From positions 1 to 34,282 of the IMG/VR virus record IMGVR_UViG_3300032331_002510: 34,282 bases of DNA, one strand, 5' to 3'. Under the pieces are notes generated by a model. That model saw only the letters and a list, made by a program, of their open reading frames with translations, had not been told where the DNA came from and searched no databases. The translations under genes and the position numbers were made by a program. Of the stretch, positions 8,846-19,100 are shown in pieces; position 1 is the stretch's first letter, and each line of letters opens with the position of its first letter. Source of the stretch: a virus. Lineage: Duplodnaviria > Caudoviricetes.

Positions 8846-10005
8846 CAGCCCACGCCAAACTCAGCGCCAGCGGAAGCGGCAAGTGGATGGTCTGCACGCC
8901 AAGCGCGCAGATTGAAAGCCAGCTCCCCGATGAGGGTAGCAACTTCGCAAGCGAAGGCACCTTTGCCCACGCGGTGTTTGAGCAGAGCCTGCTGACCTAC
9001 CTGGGCCGACCGTGCGACCCGTTGCCCAAAGAGCTGATGCACCACGACAGCCCTGAGCTACGCGACTACGTAGCCGAGGCGGTCGATTACGCGATCAACC
9101 GCATTGACGACGCCCGTGCGCGATGCAAAGACCCGGTCATCCTGGTCGAGCAGCGCCTGGACTTCAGCTTGTGGGTGCCCGAGGGCTTTGGCACTGGCGA
9201 CTTGGTCATCATCACCGATGGCCTGGTCGAAGTGATGGACCTGAAGTACGGCAAAGGCATCTACGTGGACCCGATCAACAACAGCCAGCTCCGGCTGTAC
9301 GGCTTGGGCGCTTACTACGAGCTGTGCCACCTGTACGACATCTTTCAAGTGCGCATGACCGTGCTCCAGCCACGACTGAACAATTTCCGCAGCGAGGACG
9401 TCTCGATGGAAGAGCTGCTTGCATGGGGCCAAAGCGAAGTGGTGCCCAAGGCCAAGAAGGCATGGGTGGGCGCGGGCGAATTCGTACCAGGCGATCACTG
9501 CAAGGAATCGTTTTGCAGGGCCAGGTTCACATGCCCGGCCAGGGCCGAGGCTTCACTGGCCATAGCCAAGGCAGAGTTCTCCGAACCGGTCCCACCGGCG
9601 GTGACCACGCTGTCGATGGAACGCATCGCGCAGCTCTTGCCCAAAGCCGACATGGTGATCGACTGGTTCAGCGACTTGAAGGCGCATGCGCTTGAGCAAG
9701 CGACCAAGCACAACGTCATGGTGCCTGGGTTCAAGCTGGTAGAGGGCCGGTCCAATCGCAAGTACAGCAGCCATGACGACGTGGCTGCCAAGCTCAGGGA
9801 GAGCGGCATCCCTGAAGAGATCATGTTCGAGCGCAGTCTGCTTGGCATTACAGCCATGTCAGAAGCGCTTGGCAAAAAGAAGTTCACCGAGCTACTGGGC
9901 GATCTGATCGTCAAGCCAGCAGGTAAACCAACGCTGGTTCTCGAAGGAGACAAGAGACCAGCAATCACCTTGTCGGCATCCGCCGCCGAGGATTTCAAAC
10001 CGTAA
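8842..10005 (+). CDS. DUF2800 Cas4-like PD-(D/E)xK exonuclease
   Basis: Motifs HAKLSASG, EGTFAH, FGTGD, DLKYGKG, NSQLRLY and C..C.A...CPAR. Confidence 0.9.
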   Translation: MTAHAKLSASGSGKWMVCTPSAQIESQLPDEGSNFASEGTFAHAVFEQSLLTYLGRPCDPLPKELMHHDSPELRDYVAEAVDYAINRIDDARARCKDPVILVEQRLDFSLWVPEGFGTGDLVIITDGLVEVMDLKYGKGIYVDPINNSQLRLYGLGAYYELCHLYDIFQVRMTVLQPRLNNFRSEDVSMEELLAWGQSEVVPKAKKAWVGAGEFVPGDHCKESFCRARFTCPARAEASLAIAKAEFSEPVPPAVTTLSMERIAQLLPKADMVIDWFSDLKAHALEQATKHNVMVPGFKLVEGRSNRKYSSHDDVAAKLRESGIPEEIMFERSLLGITAMSEALGKKKFTELLGDLIVKPAGKPTLVLEGDKRPAITLSASAAEDFKP

Positions 10006-10019
10006 ATTAGGAAAACAGT

Positions 10020-10565
10020 ATGTCTGAAAAACTAGCTCCCTCGACCAAAGTCATCACCGGCAAAGTGCGTTTGTCTTACGTTAACGTGTTCGATCTGAAC
10101 GACAAGGGCAAATACAGCGTTTGCCTTTTGATCCCCAAGTCGGACAAAGCGACACTGGACAAAATCAAAAACGCAATTGAAGCGGTGAAGGGCGATCCCA
10201 AAGCAGCGACCACCTGGGGTGGCAAGCACTTGGCCAGTTTCAAATCACCATTGCGTGATGGCGACACCGAGCGCGACACCGAGAAAGCGCCGGAGTACAA
10301 GGGTCACTTCTTTATCAATTGCAACACCAGCAAAAAGCCGGACGTTGTAGATATGGGATTGAACCCCATCATGGATAAGTCTGAGGTTTACAGCGGCTGC
10401 TATGCCCGCGCTTCGATCAACTTCTACGCCTTCAATGTCGATGGCAACAAGGGGATCGCATCCGGGTTGAACAACGTGCAAAAACTTGCAGACGGCGAAC
10501 GCTTTGGCGGAGGCTCTCGCGCAAGCGAAGACTTCACCGCAGTGGAAGAAGACTTTTTATCTTAA
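10020..10565 (+). CDS. DUF2815 single-stranded DNA-binding protein
   Basis: Motifs VRLSY, KYSVCLLIPK, LRDGD, YSGCY and GLNNVQ; acidic C-terminal tail with Phe. Confidence 0.9.
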   Translation: MSEKLAPSTKVITGKVRLSYVNVFDLNDKGKYSVCLLIPKSDKATLDKIKNAIEAVKGDPKAATTWGGKHLASFKSPLRDGDTERDTEKAPEYKGHFFINCNTSKKPDVVDMGLNPIMDKSEVYSGCYARASINFYAFNVDGNKGIASGLNNVQKLADGERFGGGSRASEDFTAVEEDFLS

Positions 10566-10576
10566 AGGAAAACATC

Positions 10577-10750
10577 ATGGAACCAAAATTCCTGGACATC
10601 AAACTCACCGCAGAATCCTGCAATTTAATTGTTGCCGCTTTGCGCAAGCTGCCTCACGAAGCTGTCCATGAGCTAGTCATGGACGTGATTGCTCAAGCAA
10701 ACCAGCAGCAAGAAACCCCGGCACAGGCCGAGGTTGTAGAAGCCAACTAA
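10577..10750 (+). CDS. Small hypothetical protein (57 aa, not in the ORF track)
   Basis: AAAGGAA SD; MEPKFLDIKLTAESCNLIVAALRKLPHEAVHELV...EAN*. Confidence 0.7.
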   Translation: MEPKFLDIKLTAESCNLIVAALRKLPHEAVHELVMDVIAQANQQQETPAQAEVVEAN

Positions 10751-10756
10751 TCGGCA

Positions 10757-10803
10757 CAGCACCCCGGAGGCCGGGGGCTGTTTGGTGAGGGCCAACCTTC
10801 ACC
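10757..10803 (+). terminator. Hairpins after the SSB operon (possible terminator or processing site)
   Basis: CCCCGG-AGG-CCGGGG followed by CTGTTT, then GGTGAGGG-CCAA-CCTTCACC. Confidence 0.4.
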
Positions 10804-10819
10804 CAACAGCGGGGACGAT

Positions 10820-10936
10820 ATGACCGAAGAAGAGCTTTGGCTTTTGGTACTTCACTACGAACGACTGATAGCCCTACTACTGGAACAACTTGATGACCAC
10901 ACTACGGATCGACCTGGAGACTTACAGCAGCGCTAA
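10820..10936 (+). CDS. Possible small protein (38 aa) overlapping the polA start
   Basis: GGGGA SD; MTEEELWLLVLHYERLIALLLEQLDD.... Confidence 0.4.
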   Translation: MTEEELWLLVLHYERLIALLLEQLDDHTTDRPGDLQQR

Positions 10937-12944
10937 CCTGCCCAAGGTTGGCGTGCATAAGTACGTCGAGGCCGACGACTTTGAGATCATGTTGTTTGGC
11001 TACAAGTACGGCACCGGCCAGCCCCACGTCATTGACCTGGCGGCTGGCGAAGAAATACCGGCCCACATTATCTTGGCCCTTTACGATCCCAAAATTCTGA
11101 AGACCGCATACAACGCGGCCTTTGAGCTGGCCTGCTTGAACACGCACCTGGTCGACCCGCTTGACGTCACCCAGTGGCGCTGCACCAGCGTGCATGCCCT
11201 GTACTTGGGAATGCCAGGCAACCTCGCAGACGTGGGCAAGGTCGTGGGCTTGAGCGGTGACAAGCAAAAGATGTCCATTGGCTGGTCCCTGATCAGGTAC
11301 TTCTGCATCCCATGCAAACCGACCAAGGTCAACGGTGGCCGCACTCGCAACAGGTCACAACACGACCCGGCCAAGTGGCAGCTCTTCAAAGAATACTGCG
11401 CGCGCGACATCGAGTCCGAAGACGCCATCGCACAAAAGCTGGCCAAGTTTCCGGTGCCCGATAGCGAGTGGAAGCTCTGGCACCTGGACCATCGCATGAT
11501 GACCAAGGGCGCAAAGCTGGATCGCGATCTGGTCGAGGCAGCAATCGAGTGCGACGGCATTGTGCGCCAGCGCACATTGAACGAAGCCATGCGCCTGACC
11601 GGCCTGGACAACCCCAACAGCCGCAACCAGCTCATCGCTTGGCTGCAAGAGGAAGAAGACGACGACACCATCGCCGACCTGACCAAGAAGACCGTGCCCG
11701 TGCTTTTGGCCAACACCGACAGCGACGTCGTTCGCAGGGTACTTGAGCTGCGCCAGGAGCTGGCCAAGACCAGCGTGTCCAAGTACCACGCCATGGCCAG
11801 GGCCATGAGTGACGTCGACGACTGCGTGCGCGGCCTGACCCAGTTTTACGGTGCCAACCGCACTGGCCGCTGGGCTGGCCGGATCGTGCAAGTGCAGAAC
11901 CTGCCACAGAACAAGCTCAAGGATATTGACGCAGCCCGCAGGTTACTGAAGACGCGTGACTATGAAACCCTGGAGTTGCTTTTTGGCAACGTGCCTGACA
12001 CGCTCTCACAGCTCATTAGGACGGCCTTTATACCCAGGCAGGGGGCTACCCTCATGCCGGTCGATTTCAGCGCCATTGAGGCCCGCGTAATCGCTTGGCT
12101 GGCCTGGTGTACGTGGCGTCTGGATGTGTTCAAGACCCACGGCATGATTTATGAAGCGTCAGCCTCGACCATGTTTAAAGTTCCGATCGAATCTATTCAA
12201 GCCATGGTCAGCGGTAAGAAGATCAAAGGTTCCAACTATCCGCTGAGGCAGAAGGGCAAGATCGCAGAGCTGGCCTTGGGTTACCAGGGCGGAGCCGGTG
12301 CGCTGAAAACCATGGGCGCTCTGGCCATGGGCCTGACAGAGGACGAGCTGGACCCCATCAAGGTGGCGTGGCGCGAAGCCAACCCCGAGATCGTGAAGCT
12401 CTGGTACGCGGTCGAAGGCGCAGCCCAGCACGCGGTGGCCAACCACTCGAATGAAGTCTTACGGATTGCCTCTGGCCGGGCCGAGATTGTCTTTACCTGG
12501 GAGTCCGGCTTCCTGACGATCAAGCTGCCATCCGGTCGCAAACTGTTCTACGTCAAGCCGCGCATCGAAGGCGCAGACCTGGTGCGTGAGAACAGCAAGA
12601 CCGGTGCCCATTACGTAGTGGCCAGGGCCGGGTCGTTGACATACGAAGGCATGGACCAAAAGACCAAGACCTGGACCAGGCTGCCCACATACGGCGGCAA
12701 GCTGGTGGAGAACATCACACAGGCCATCGCGCGCGACTGCCTGGCCGAGTCGATGCTTGCACTGGACGAGGCTGGGTTTGACCAGCTCTTCACGGTACAC
12801 GACGAAGACATCATCGAATCGTATCAGCCAGATGATCTCAAAAAGATCGAGGCCATCATGGGCCGAGACCTGACGTGGGCACCAGGGTTGCCTTTACGTG
12901 CGGATGGATTTTCAACACCCTACTACATGAAGGAAATAGACTGA
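10893..12944 (+). CDS. polA: DNA polymerase family A (APSE-like) with 3'-5' exonuclease
   Basis: Exo I DLETYS; motif A DFSAIEARV; motif B RQKGKIAELALGY; motif C VHDE. Confidence 0.95.
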   Translation: MTTLRIDLETYSSANLPKVGVHKYVEADDFEIMLFGYKYGTGQPHVIDLAAGEEIPAHIILALYDPKILKTAYNAAFELACLNTHLVDPLDVTQWRCTSVHALYLGMPGNLADVGKVVGLSGDKQKMSIGWSLIRYFCIPCKPTKVNGGRTRNRSQHDPAKWQLFKEYCARDIESEDAIAQKLAKFPVPDSEWKLWHLDHRMMTKGAKLDRDLVEAAIECDGIVRQRTLNEAMRLTGLDNPNSRNQLIAWLQEEEDDDTIADLTKKTVPVLLANTDSDVVRRVLELRQELAKTSVSKYHAMARAMSDVDDCVRGLTQFYGANRTGRWAGRIVQVQNLPQNKLKDIDAARRLLKTRDYETLELLFGNVPDTLSQLIRTAFIPRQGATLMPVDFSAIEARVIAWLAWCTWRLDVFKTHGMIYEASASTMFKVPIESIQAMVSGKKIKGSNYPLRQKGKIAELALGYQGGAGALKTMGALAMGLTEDELDPIKVAWREANPEIVKLWYAVEGAAQHAVANHSNEVLRIASGRAEIVFTWESGFLTIKLPSGRKLFYVKPRIEGADLVRENSKTGAHYVVARAGSLTYEGMDQKTKTWTRLPTYGGKLVENITQAIARDCLAESMLALDEAGFDQLFTVHDEDIIESYQPDDLKKIEAIMGRDLTWAPGLPLRADGFSTPYYMKEID

Positions 12945-13162
12945 TGGCAGCAGACGACACACAGGTGGGCGGCACCCACTACAAAGACATGCCTGTCCAA
13001 CCCTGGACCGTGATGGAGGCAGTGCTTAGCCACGAAGAGTTCATTGGTTTTCTCAAGGGCAATGTGATCAAGTACAGCATGCGCCAGGGCCGCAAAGACG
13101 GCACCGATGACGCGGCTAAAGCGCAGCACTACTTGGCCAAGCTACGAGAGACCCAGTGGTAA
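12944..13162 (+). CDS. DUF3310 (SaV-like) protein
   Basis: QVGGTHY...FLKGNVIKY..R.G.K...D..KA.HY. Confidence 0.85.
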   Translation: MAADDTQVGGTHYKDMPVQPWTVMEAVLSHEEFIGFLKGNVIKYSMRQGRKDGTDDAAKAQHYLAKLRETQW

Positions 13163-13350
13163 TGAACACACTTAAAACACTTGGCCCGGCTGACCTGGCC
13201 AAGCTCCTACACCGCAGCGTCGAGACGATCAAGTCCGACGCGCGCCGCCGACCAGAAGTGCTGCCGCCCAGGTTCAAGATACCTGGCAGCCGACGTCTGG
13301 TATGGCTTGAAACCGATGTGATCGCCTGGGTCGAGAGGACCAAGGGATGA
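13162..13350 (+). CDS. Excisionase/AlpA-like HTH protein
   Basis: DLAKLLHRSVETI...LPPRFKIPGSRRLVWLETDVIAW. Confidence 0.75.
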   Translation: MNTLKTLGPADLAKLLHRSVETIKSDARRRPEVLPPRFKIPGSRRLVWLETDVIAWVERTKG

Positions 13351-13529
13351 CACCCGAACAGCTTGACAAAGCTGCCATTAAGCTGGGCCTTCTACGCGGC
13401 ACCCCGGCTGATGATTTGATAGCGTTTGCCGCGCATAGAGAGCAAATCGAATACATGTACCGTGTACTTGAGGCGCTTGATTTTGGTCTGGGTAACCAGG
13501 CCCCTTTTAACCAGGAGAAAGAAGTATGA
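13347..13529 (+). CDS. Hypothetical protein
   Basis: ATGA coupling at both ends. Confidence 0.6.
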   Translation: MTPEQLDKAAIKLGLLRGTPADDLIAFAAHREQIEYMYRVLEALDFGLGNQAPFNQEKEV

Positions 13530-13789
13530 ATTGGAATCCCTTTACACGCATCACTGCACTGGAACACCAGGTCCAAGAGTTGCAGCGCGCACTTGCCGAC
13601 GTGATGAAGCCATGGAACGTCTCGGTGTCTAAGCCAAAAGTTACCGACGAAGAAAAGATTGCTCTTCGACGCGAACGGCAACGGGCCTACTACGCCCAGC
13701 AAAGAGCCAAGGAAAAACAGCGCGAGTACAACAGGACCTACCGTGAACGCAAGAAGGCAGAGAAGATGTCAGCAGGGGGCACAGCATGA
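13526..13789 (+). CDS. Hypothetical basic coiled-coil protein
   Basis: GGAG SD; Arg/Lys-rich RAYY/REYN repeats. Confidence 0.65.
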   Translation: MNWNPFTRITALEHQVQELQRALADVMKPWNVSVSKPKVTDEEKIALRRERQRAYYAQQRAKEKQREYNRTYRERKKAEKMSAGGTA

Positions 13790-13989
13790 TGCGCCGCGTA
13801 GGGTTACGTGATCTGTTCAAAGACCCGTTCAGAAAACCATCACCCCTGGAAATGATTGCGGCAGAGCTGGATGAATGCCATCGCGAGAAGTTGATTGCAG
13901 AAACGGCAGTCGAGTATGCGCAGTCCATAGTGGCGTATAACGTGACCCGGATCGAACGCCTGAACAAACGCGTGGAGGAATACAAATGA
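13786..13989 (+). CDS. Hypothetical protein
   Basis: ATGA coupling. Confidence 0.65.
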   Translation: MMRRVGLRDLFKDPFRKPSPLEMIAAELDECHREKLIAETAVEYAQSIVAYNVTRIERLNKRVEEYK

Positions 13990-14201
13990 CTTGCTGCGAT
14001 TATGGAACGTGTACCCAGGGCCGAGATTGTCCAGTTAGAAAAGCGCACCAAGAGGCCACAAACAAGGCATACGCTGAACGCGGAATGGTCAGAGACCCTG
14101 ACCCCTACGCCGAAACACTTGGAACCGTTAAGGACTTGATTGCTTTGATGTTTGTGGTGGGCGGCTTGGCAATGATTGCTTTTGCTATATGGGGGAAGTG
14201 A
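13986..14201 (+). CDS. Small Cys-rich membrane protein
   Basis: CC...C.QGRDCP N-terminus and a C-terminal hydrophobic helix; GGAGG SD. Confidence 0.65.
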   Translation: MTCCDYGTCTQGRDCPVRKAHQEATNKAYAERGMVRDPDPYAETLGTVKDLIALMFVVGGLAMIAFAIWGK

Positions 14202-14383
14202 TGAACATCATTGAACTAGCAAAGCGGGTGGGTTATCCGATACAGCACCCCGAATGGCAAAAAGCCACAGAAAAATTTGCCGCCTTGGTAGCAGCGCATG
14301 AGCGTGAGGAGTGCGCCAAGATTGCGGAAATCGCAGAGCCGTACCAAGCGGCTGATTTAATCAGAGCAAGGGGACAAGCATGA
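14201..14383 (+). CDS. Hypothetical protein (ERExCAK...IRARG family)
   Basis: Shares its C-terminal motif with the next gene. Confidence 0.65.
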   Translation: MNIIELAKRVGYPIQHPEWQKATEKFAALVAAHEREECAKIAEIAEPYQAADLIRARGQA

Positions 14384-14580
14384 AACAAGATGAAATCATT
14401 GAGATGGCAATTCAAGGCCATGCAGGAACAAGAGATGCAATCCGTTGGGCAATAAATCAAGTTGTAAAAGCCGAGCGTGAGGAGTGTGCAAAGGTGTGTG
14501 AAAGCTATCTTAGCGACAGTCCTTACTCGTGGGGCAGTACAACCATGGCTTCCGCAATCCGTGCAAGGGGACAAGCATGA
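14380..14580 (+). CDS. Hypothetical protein (ERExCAK...IRARG family)
   Basis: C-terminus is paralogous to the previous gene; ATGA coupling. Confidence 0.65.
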   Translation: MKQDEIIEMAIQGHAGTRDAIRWAINQVVKAEREECAKVCESYLSDSPYSWGSTTMASAIRARGQA

Positions 14581-14798
14581 ACATCTACATCGCCGTCCTT
14601 TATATGTGTCTGGGAGATACTTGCAACTTCATGCAGGGCCAGTCGTATCACAAAACCGAACAGCAATGCAGGGCGTCTATTGACGATCAAAAGGCGCACA
14701 TGAACCGGGTTGCACAAGATGCAAACCAAAGCAAGATGACCACGTTAGAAGGCACCTGCATCGCCCTATCCGTTAAACCACCGAGCAAAACAACATGA
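14577..14798 (+). CDS. Small Cys-containing, possibly exported protein
   Basis: Hydrophobic N-terminus MNIYIAVLYMC and 4 Cys; ATGA coupling. Confidence 0.6.
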   Translation: MNIYIAVLYMCLGDTCNFMQGQSYHKTEQQCRASIDDQKAHMNRVAQDANQSKMTTLEGTCIALSVKPPSKTT

Positions 14799-15034
14799 CA
14801 GGTTATCAATCTAAAAAGGCAGCGGCGCAGGACAAGCTAGGTGTTGCACCTAATAGTTTTTACACTATTAAGCTACCCGAGCGATCGGAGTGGAAGTGCT
14901 ACATGTTTGGCAACACACCCCACGATAACCAAGGCATTGTTTGGATTCCAATTAAAGGGCAAGAACCAAACTGGTTTGTGCGCTGGATGATGAAGGTGTG
15001 TTTCGCTTGCACTTGGGAGAAGAACAATGATTGA
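14795..15034 (+). CDS. Hypothetical protein
   Basis: ATGA coupling. Confidence 0.6.
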   Translation: MTGYQSKKAAAQDKLGVAPNSFYTIKLPERSEWKCYMFGNTPHDNQGIVWIPIKGQEPNWFVRWMMKVCFACTWEKNND

Positions 15035-15203
15035 TGACGATGACGATACCCAGGTCTACAAGAAGCCATGGGTCAGCTTGACAAAGGCGCAAAGGGAAGA
15101 GTGCATAACTCGAAGCGAGTACCACACAGCATGGTCGTCTGACATTGACCTGAACATTTTGATTGACGCGGTAAACGATAAGCTAAAGGAGCTAAACGCA
15201 TGA
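15027..15203 (+). CDS. Small hypothetical protein (58 aa, not in the ORF track)
   Basis: GGAG SD; MIDDDDDTQVYKKPWVSLT...KLKELNA* fills the gap and couples to the next gene. Confidence 0.6.
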   Translation: MIDDDDDTQVYKKPWVSLTKAQREECITRSEYHTAWSSDIDLNILIDAVNDKLKELNA

Positions 15204-15829
15204 GCTACATAGTGGCATCACTGCCCCCGATTAAGTGTTTTGTAAAAAAAGAATTTCTTTACAACTTTACCAAGGGCCACGGCGAACTAGAGTCTGCGGT
15301 TTGGGTCAGCATAAAAGGTCTTCGCGGCCAAGTGTTTAGGATCGAGTCGCTGCTGCCAGCTTACGGCGCGCTGTACGACAAGCTGCCCATACACGCATAC
15401 GTCTGGAAAGAAGACCACGGTGATTTGCCCATCGACTTTTTGCAGCTATGGGACTGCATGGGCTACCGGTTTACGGTTGTCGAGAAGATTGCTTTGCGCA
15501 ACCTGGGCGTGAAGTTTCTAGGCAAAGACAAGCAGTGGTATTACGGCAACTACTTGTTCACTGTGGATTTTTGTGCCGACGGCCAGGACCTGGACACGGG
15601 TTTTACCGAACAAGCTGAAGAGCACAAGTCGTTTAATTTCATACGCCTTGAGAACGGGCAGTTTGCCTGCCAGCCAAACAACCGGTGCCTGTGGTATGAC
15701 CAAAGCCTGGTTCCTTCTGAACCGAAGTTTCCCGACTTCCAGGCAGCGCAACATCTATGGTCGGTGGATGGCACGCGCAAGTGGAGCGCGGGCGACGATT
15801 GGTTTTATAGCATTCAAGAAAATGCGTAA
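15200..15829 (+). CDS. Conserved hypothetical phage protein
   Basis: 209 aa aromatic-rich ORF; AAGGAG SD. Confidence 0.75.
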   Translation: MSYIVASLPPIKCFVKKEFLYNFTKGHGELESAVWVSIKGLRGQVFRIESLLPAYGALYDKLPIHAYVWKEDHGDLPIDFLQLWDCMGYRFTVVEKIALRNLGVKFLGKDKQWYYGNYLFTVDFCADGQDLDTGFTEQAEEHKSFNFIRLENGQFACQPNNRCLWYDQSLVPSEPKFPDFQAAQHLWSVDGTRKWSAGDDWFYSIQENA

Positions 15830-16106
15830 GTCAACTCACGCAGACATCCGCTCTGCCTTGCGAGAAGAGCCTGATGGCTTGACTGCCTTCCAGGTAGCCC
15901 AGGCCACTGGCCTTGCAGCAGACTGTGTGCGCCAGGCGCTGCCCAACATGCCCGACGTGTACATCGACCGATGGGAGCAGCCAGCCAAGACCAAAGGCTA
16001 CAAAGGCAAAACCTGGCGGGCTGTGTACATCGCTGTGGTCGTACCACCAAACACAGCAAAGCCTAGTCTTTCTCCTCGCCCTCGACGGTCAAACCTTGAC
16101 GAATGA
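15822..16106 (+). CDS. Winged-HTH-like protein
   Basis: IRSALREEPDGLTAFQVAQATGL...VRQAL. Its 3' end overlaps the 3' end of the giant gene by 44 nt. Confidence 0.6.
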   Translation: MRKSTHADIRSALREEPDGLTAFQVAQATGLAADCVRQALPNMPDVYIDRWEQPAKTKGYKGKTWRAVYIAVVVPPNTAKPSLSPRPRRSNLDE

Positions 16107-19100
16107 ACTGCTTTTTCTGGCGCAGCTTTTCGCGCTCTGCCTCGCCTGTTGTGGGGCTGATGGCACCTTTGTTTTCCAAGCGTTGAGACTGTTTGATCTG
16201 CGCTTCCAATTCCCGGATAAGGGCTTTCGTTTGCGCCTTCTGAATCTTTTCTGAAGTGTCCAGGTCGATTGGCCTGGCCTTGATGCCGACAGTTTGCAAG
16301 GCCGCGTAGCCCGGTGTGATTGGCAGGCCGTCTTTGCCAATACCCGTGTACTCGGCCAGGCCCACGTTGACTGACTGGCCGGTTACATTTGCGATTACAT
16401 TCATGGCCCGCTCAAAGTGCGTGTTGCCCACAGCGATGGCCGGTGTCATTTGTTTCCACATCCAAGCCGCACGCTTTTGCGCAGCCTCGGCACTGGTATC
16501 CGTTTTCTTGACGATGTCCTGGCCACGGAACGTGTCCTTGTTAAAAAGCATGGCCGAGGCAATGGTCAAGATGGGGCTATTTGGCGTCAAAGGCGCAAGC
16601 ATAGGGATACCCCCTGCGTTATTGTGCGCGTCGAACAGATCGCCACCGGGGAAGATACGGCTGACATCAAGGAACACGGGCAAATTGGTCAGGTCGTCCA
16701 TGCCCAGGCGGATCGTCTTTTCTGTGCCTAGGGCCAGGCTTGCGCCCTTCATCCATTCGGGCAAGTTCTTGCGCTCTTGCTGCTCCAAGTCTTTAGACCG
16801 CTGGCGGAATTCTGGGTCGGTCATGTATCGACGAATGATGGTCCACCAGTCTTCGTCATCACCACCGCCAAGGCTTGCAGCAATGGCGTACATGGCCGCG
16901 TTTGCCACGTAAAGCGCAACGGCAGGGGCAGCATAGCGGACAGGGTGTTCAAGGGCTGTATTGACCAAGGCTGGCACGACCTTGTACGTATAGGCAAAGA
17001 ACGGCAAACCGACCGGCATGTCACGAATCACACGCGCGCCCTTGGGCATGTCGTCGTAAGAGAACATGTACTTCAGCGCGTAGTCAACCGAGTCGTCTAC
17101 GCTCAGGCCGTTGTTGCGCGCATCCCGGTAAATCACGTATCGGAAAAATTCGTCCTCGGCACCGTATGCTTTGCCCAGGGGTTTGCGCAGCCACAAAGAC
17201 AGGCCGTTCCAGACCATCTCGACAGCGCGCTTGCTTTTGCTCTCGGCCATCTGGGCCAAGACGCGCAGCTCTTCGGGCATGGCCTCGGTCAGCTCAGCGC
17301 GGTTAAACGTGCCGCCGAACAGACCGGCCTCTTTGGCTTCGTCCACCATTGCGTCGCCCTTGACCAGGTCCTTGATGGAGCCGATGTATTTGTGCGCGTC
17401 CCAGTAAGACACGCCAGCAAAGTGGGCCATCGTGATGTTCGACAGTACGTTGTTTGCGTGGGCCACTGGGTTGAGGACAGTCTTGCCCTCTTTCCACATC
17501 GACAAACCTTTCATGTAAATCTTGGTCAAGTCGTTTTGCATGTCGCTATCAAACGCAACCAACTGGTCCAAGATTTCACTTGGCACCCATTTACCGCCCA
17601 GCTTGCCGTAGCGCTTAGCAAACGTGTCTTCGACGTTGGTCGCGGGCACCTGAACATAGCCAGGCTGCTCTGTCTTGCTTGCGTAGGTTGCGGCCAGGTT
17701 TTCATACAAGCGGCCCAGTGCGATGTCGCGCTGGCTCTTGTTGTATCCCATGACAAAGCGGAACATGGCGTCGCGAATCTCGCCCATGTCGTCGCGCTCC
17801 GTCCTGGTGTAGTCGCGCCACACTGTGATCTCGGTATCAACCGCTGGATCGTAGGTAGCGTCGCGCACTGCCCAGCCCTCGGCTTCCCAGTCTGCCAGAT
17901 CAGCGACCGGTACAGTCTCAAACATGCCGCGCGCCTTGAGGCTGCTGCCCTTAATACCTTGCATGGTTTGTTTGCGGCCAAGCAATCCCTTGACTGCTTT
18001 CATCCAAGCCTTGGCTTCGTCGCCCAGTTTCTGTTCGTAAAAACGCGGCAGGTACTTGCCGTCCCAGCGGCCAGCGGCGTCTTTGGACAGCATGCCCAGG
18101 CGGACCAGCTCTGCCGATTGCTCAGACATGATGTCCTGCATAGACGCGGCAATCTCCAGCACTCGCTTGGGTGGCGTGGCACCGCGCTTGAGTTCGCCCT
18201 CGATCACATCGCTGATCATCTGGCGCTCTTGCTCGGGCAGGTCCTTCATGGACTTGGCTACATCGACCGTCAGGTTCTGTGCCTTGTCGACTTCCATGCG
18301 CATCTTGCGCATCGCACGGGACAGCTCTGGGCTGACCGGTTTCATGCCGACCACGTCCAGGACCGCGTTGGCCACGTCCGCTGCGTAACGGTATGCCTTG
18401 GCACCGGCACCGAAACGGAAGCGGCCCAGCTCATCACGGCTGAGCAACCAGCCCTCGGTCTCTTTACCAACCGGCTGGCGCTTGGCGAATGCGATAGGCG
18501 CGCCGGTGATGTCTGCCTCTTGGCCAAACGTTACGTTCTTGGCCAAGACCAGGGGACCGACCTGGATCACTTCGTCTGCGGCAAGCACAGGGCGCATGGT
18601 GTCGCGGTCGTAAAAGTAGCTGTGGCGGAACGGGTCCATGCCGACCTGGGTCCAGGCTGGGTCGTTTAGCGCAGCGTCGGCGCGGGCCTTGGCGTCAGCC
18701 TTGCTGATCGGTGACCACTTGCCAAGCATGGTGGCAATGGTGCCTTTGGCCGTGCCAGTAGCAATCCTTGCGGCCATCTTTTGGTTCATGCCAAAAGTGA
18801 CGTCGGTCAGCGCAGCCACGGACTCATACCCCACCACCGGGCCAGCGTCGTATGCGGCCTGGACTTCGCGGTTGGTTGACTTGGGCGTATGCACACTGAC
18901 CACCCAGGTGTCGTGCTCTTGGTAGGACGGAATGTCCAATCGGAGCTGCGCCCAGTCGCCCTTGATCAGGGTCATGGTTGGCACGCCATACTTGGCTGCC
19001 TTCTCGGCGCTTTGGCCACGGCCATTGGCCAGGGCGTATCGAGCGTCTTTGGGCGTCGTAACGGCGGGCACGGCGGCGTAGGGGTACACCGGTCGCGATT

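Noticed and set aside
8842-10005. Cas4-like nuclease as a sign of CRISPR-Cas
   Set aside because: DUF2800 is a standard phage replication/recombination nuclease, and no repeat-spacer array or other cas gene was seen.
16777-18669. 630-aa + strand ORF antisense to the giant gene
   Set aside because: It is codon-aligned with the real gene, has the H/V/L-rich composition of a shadow ORF, and shows no SD or motifs.
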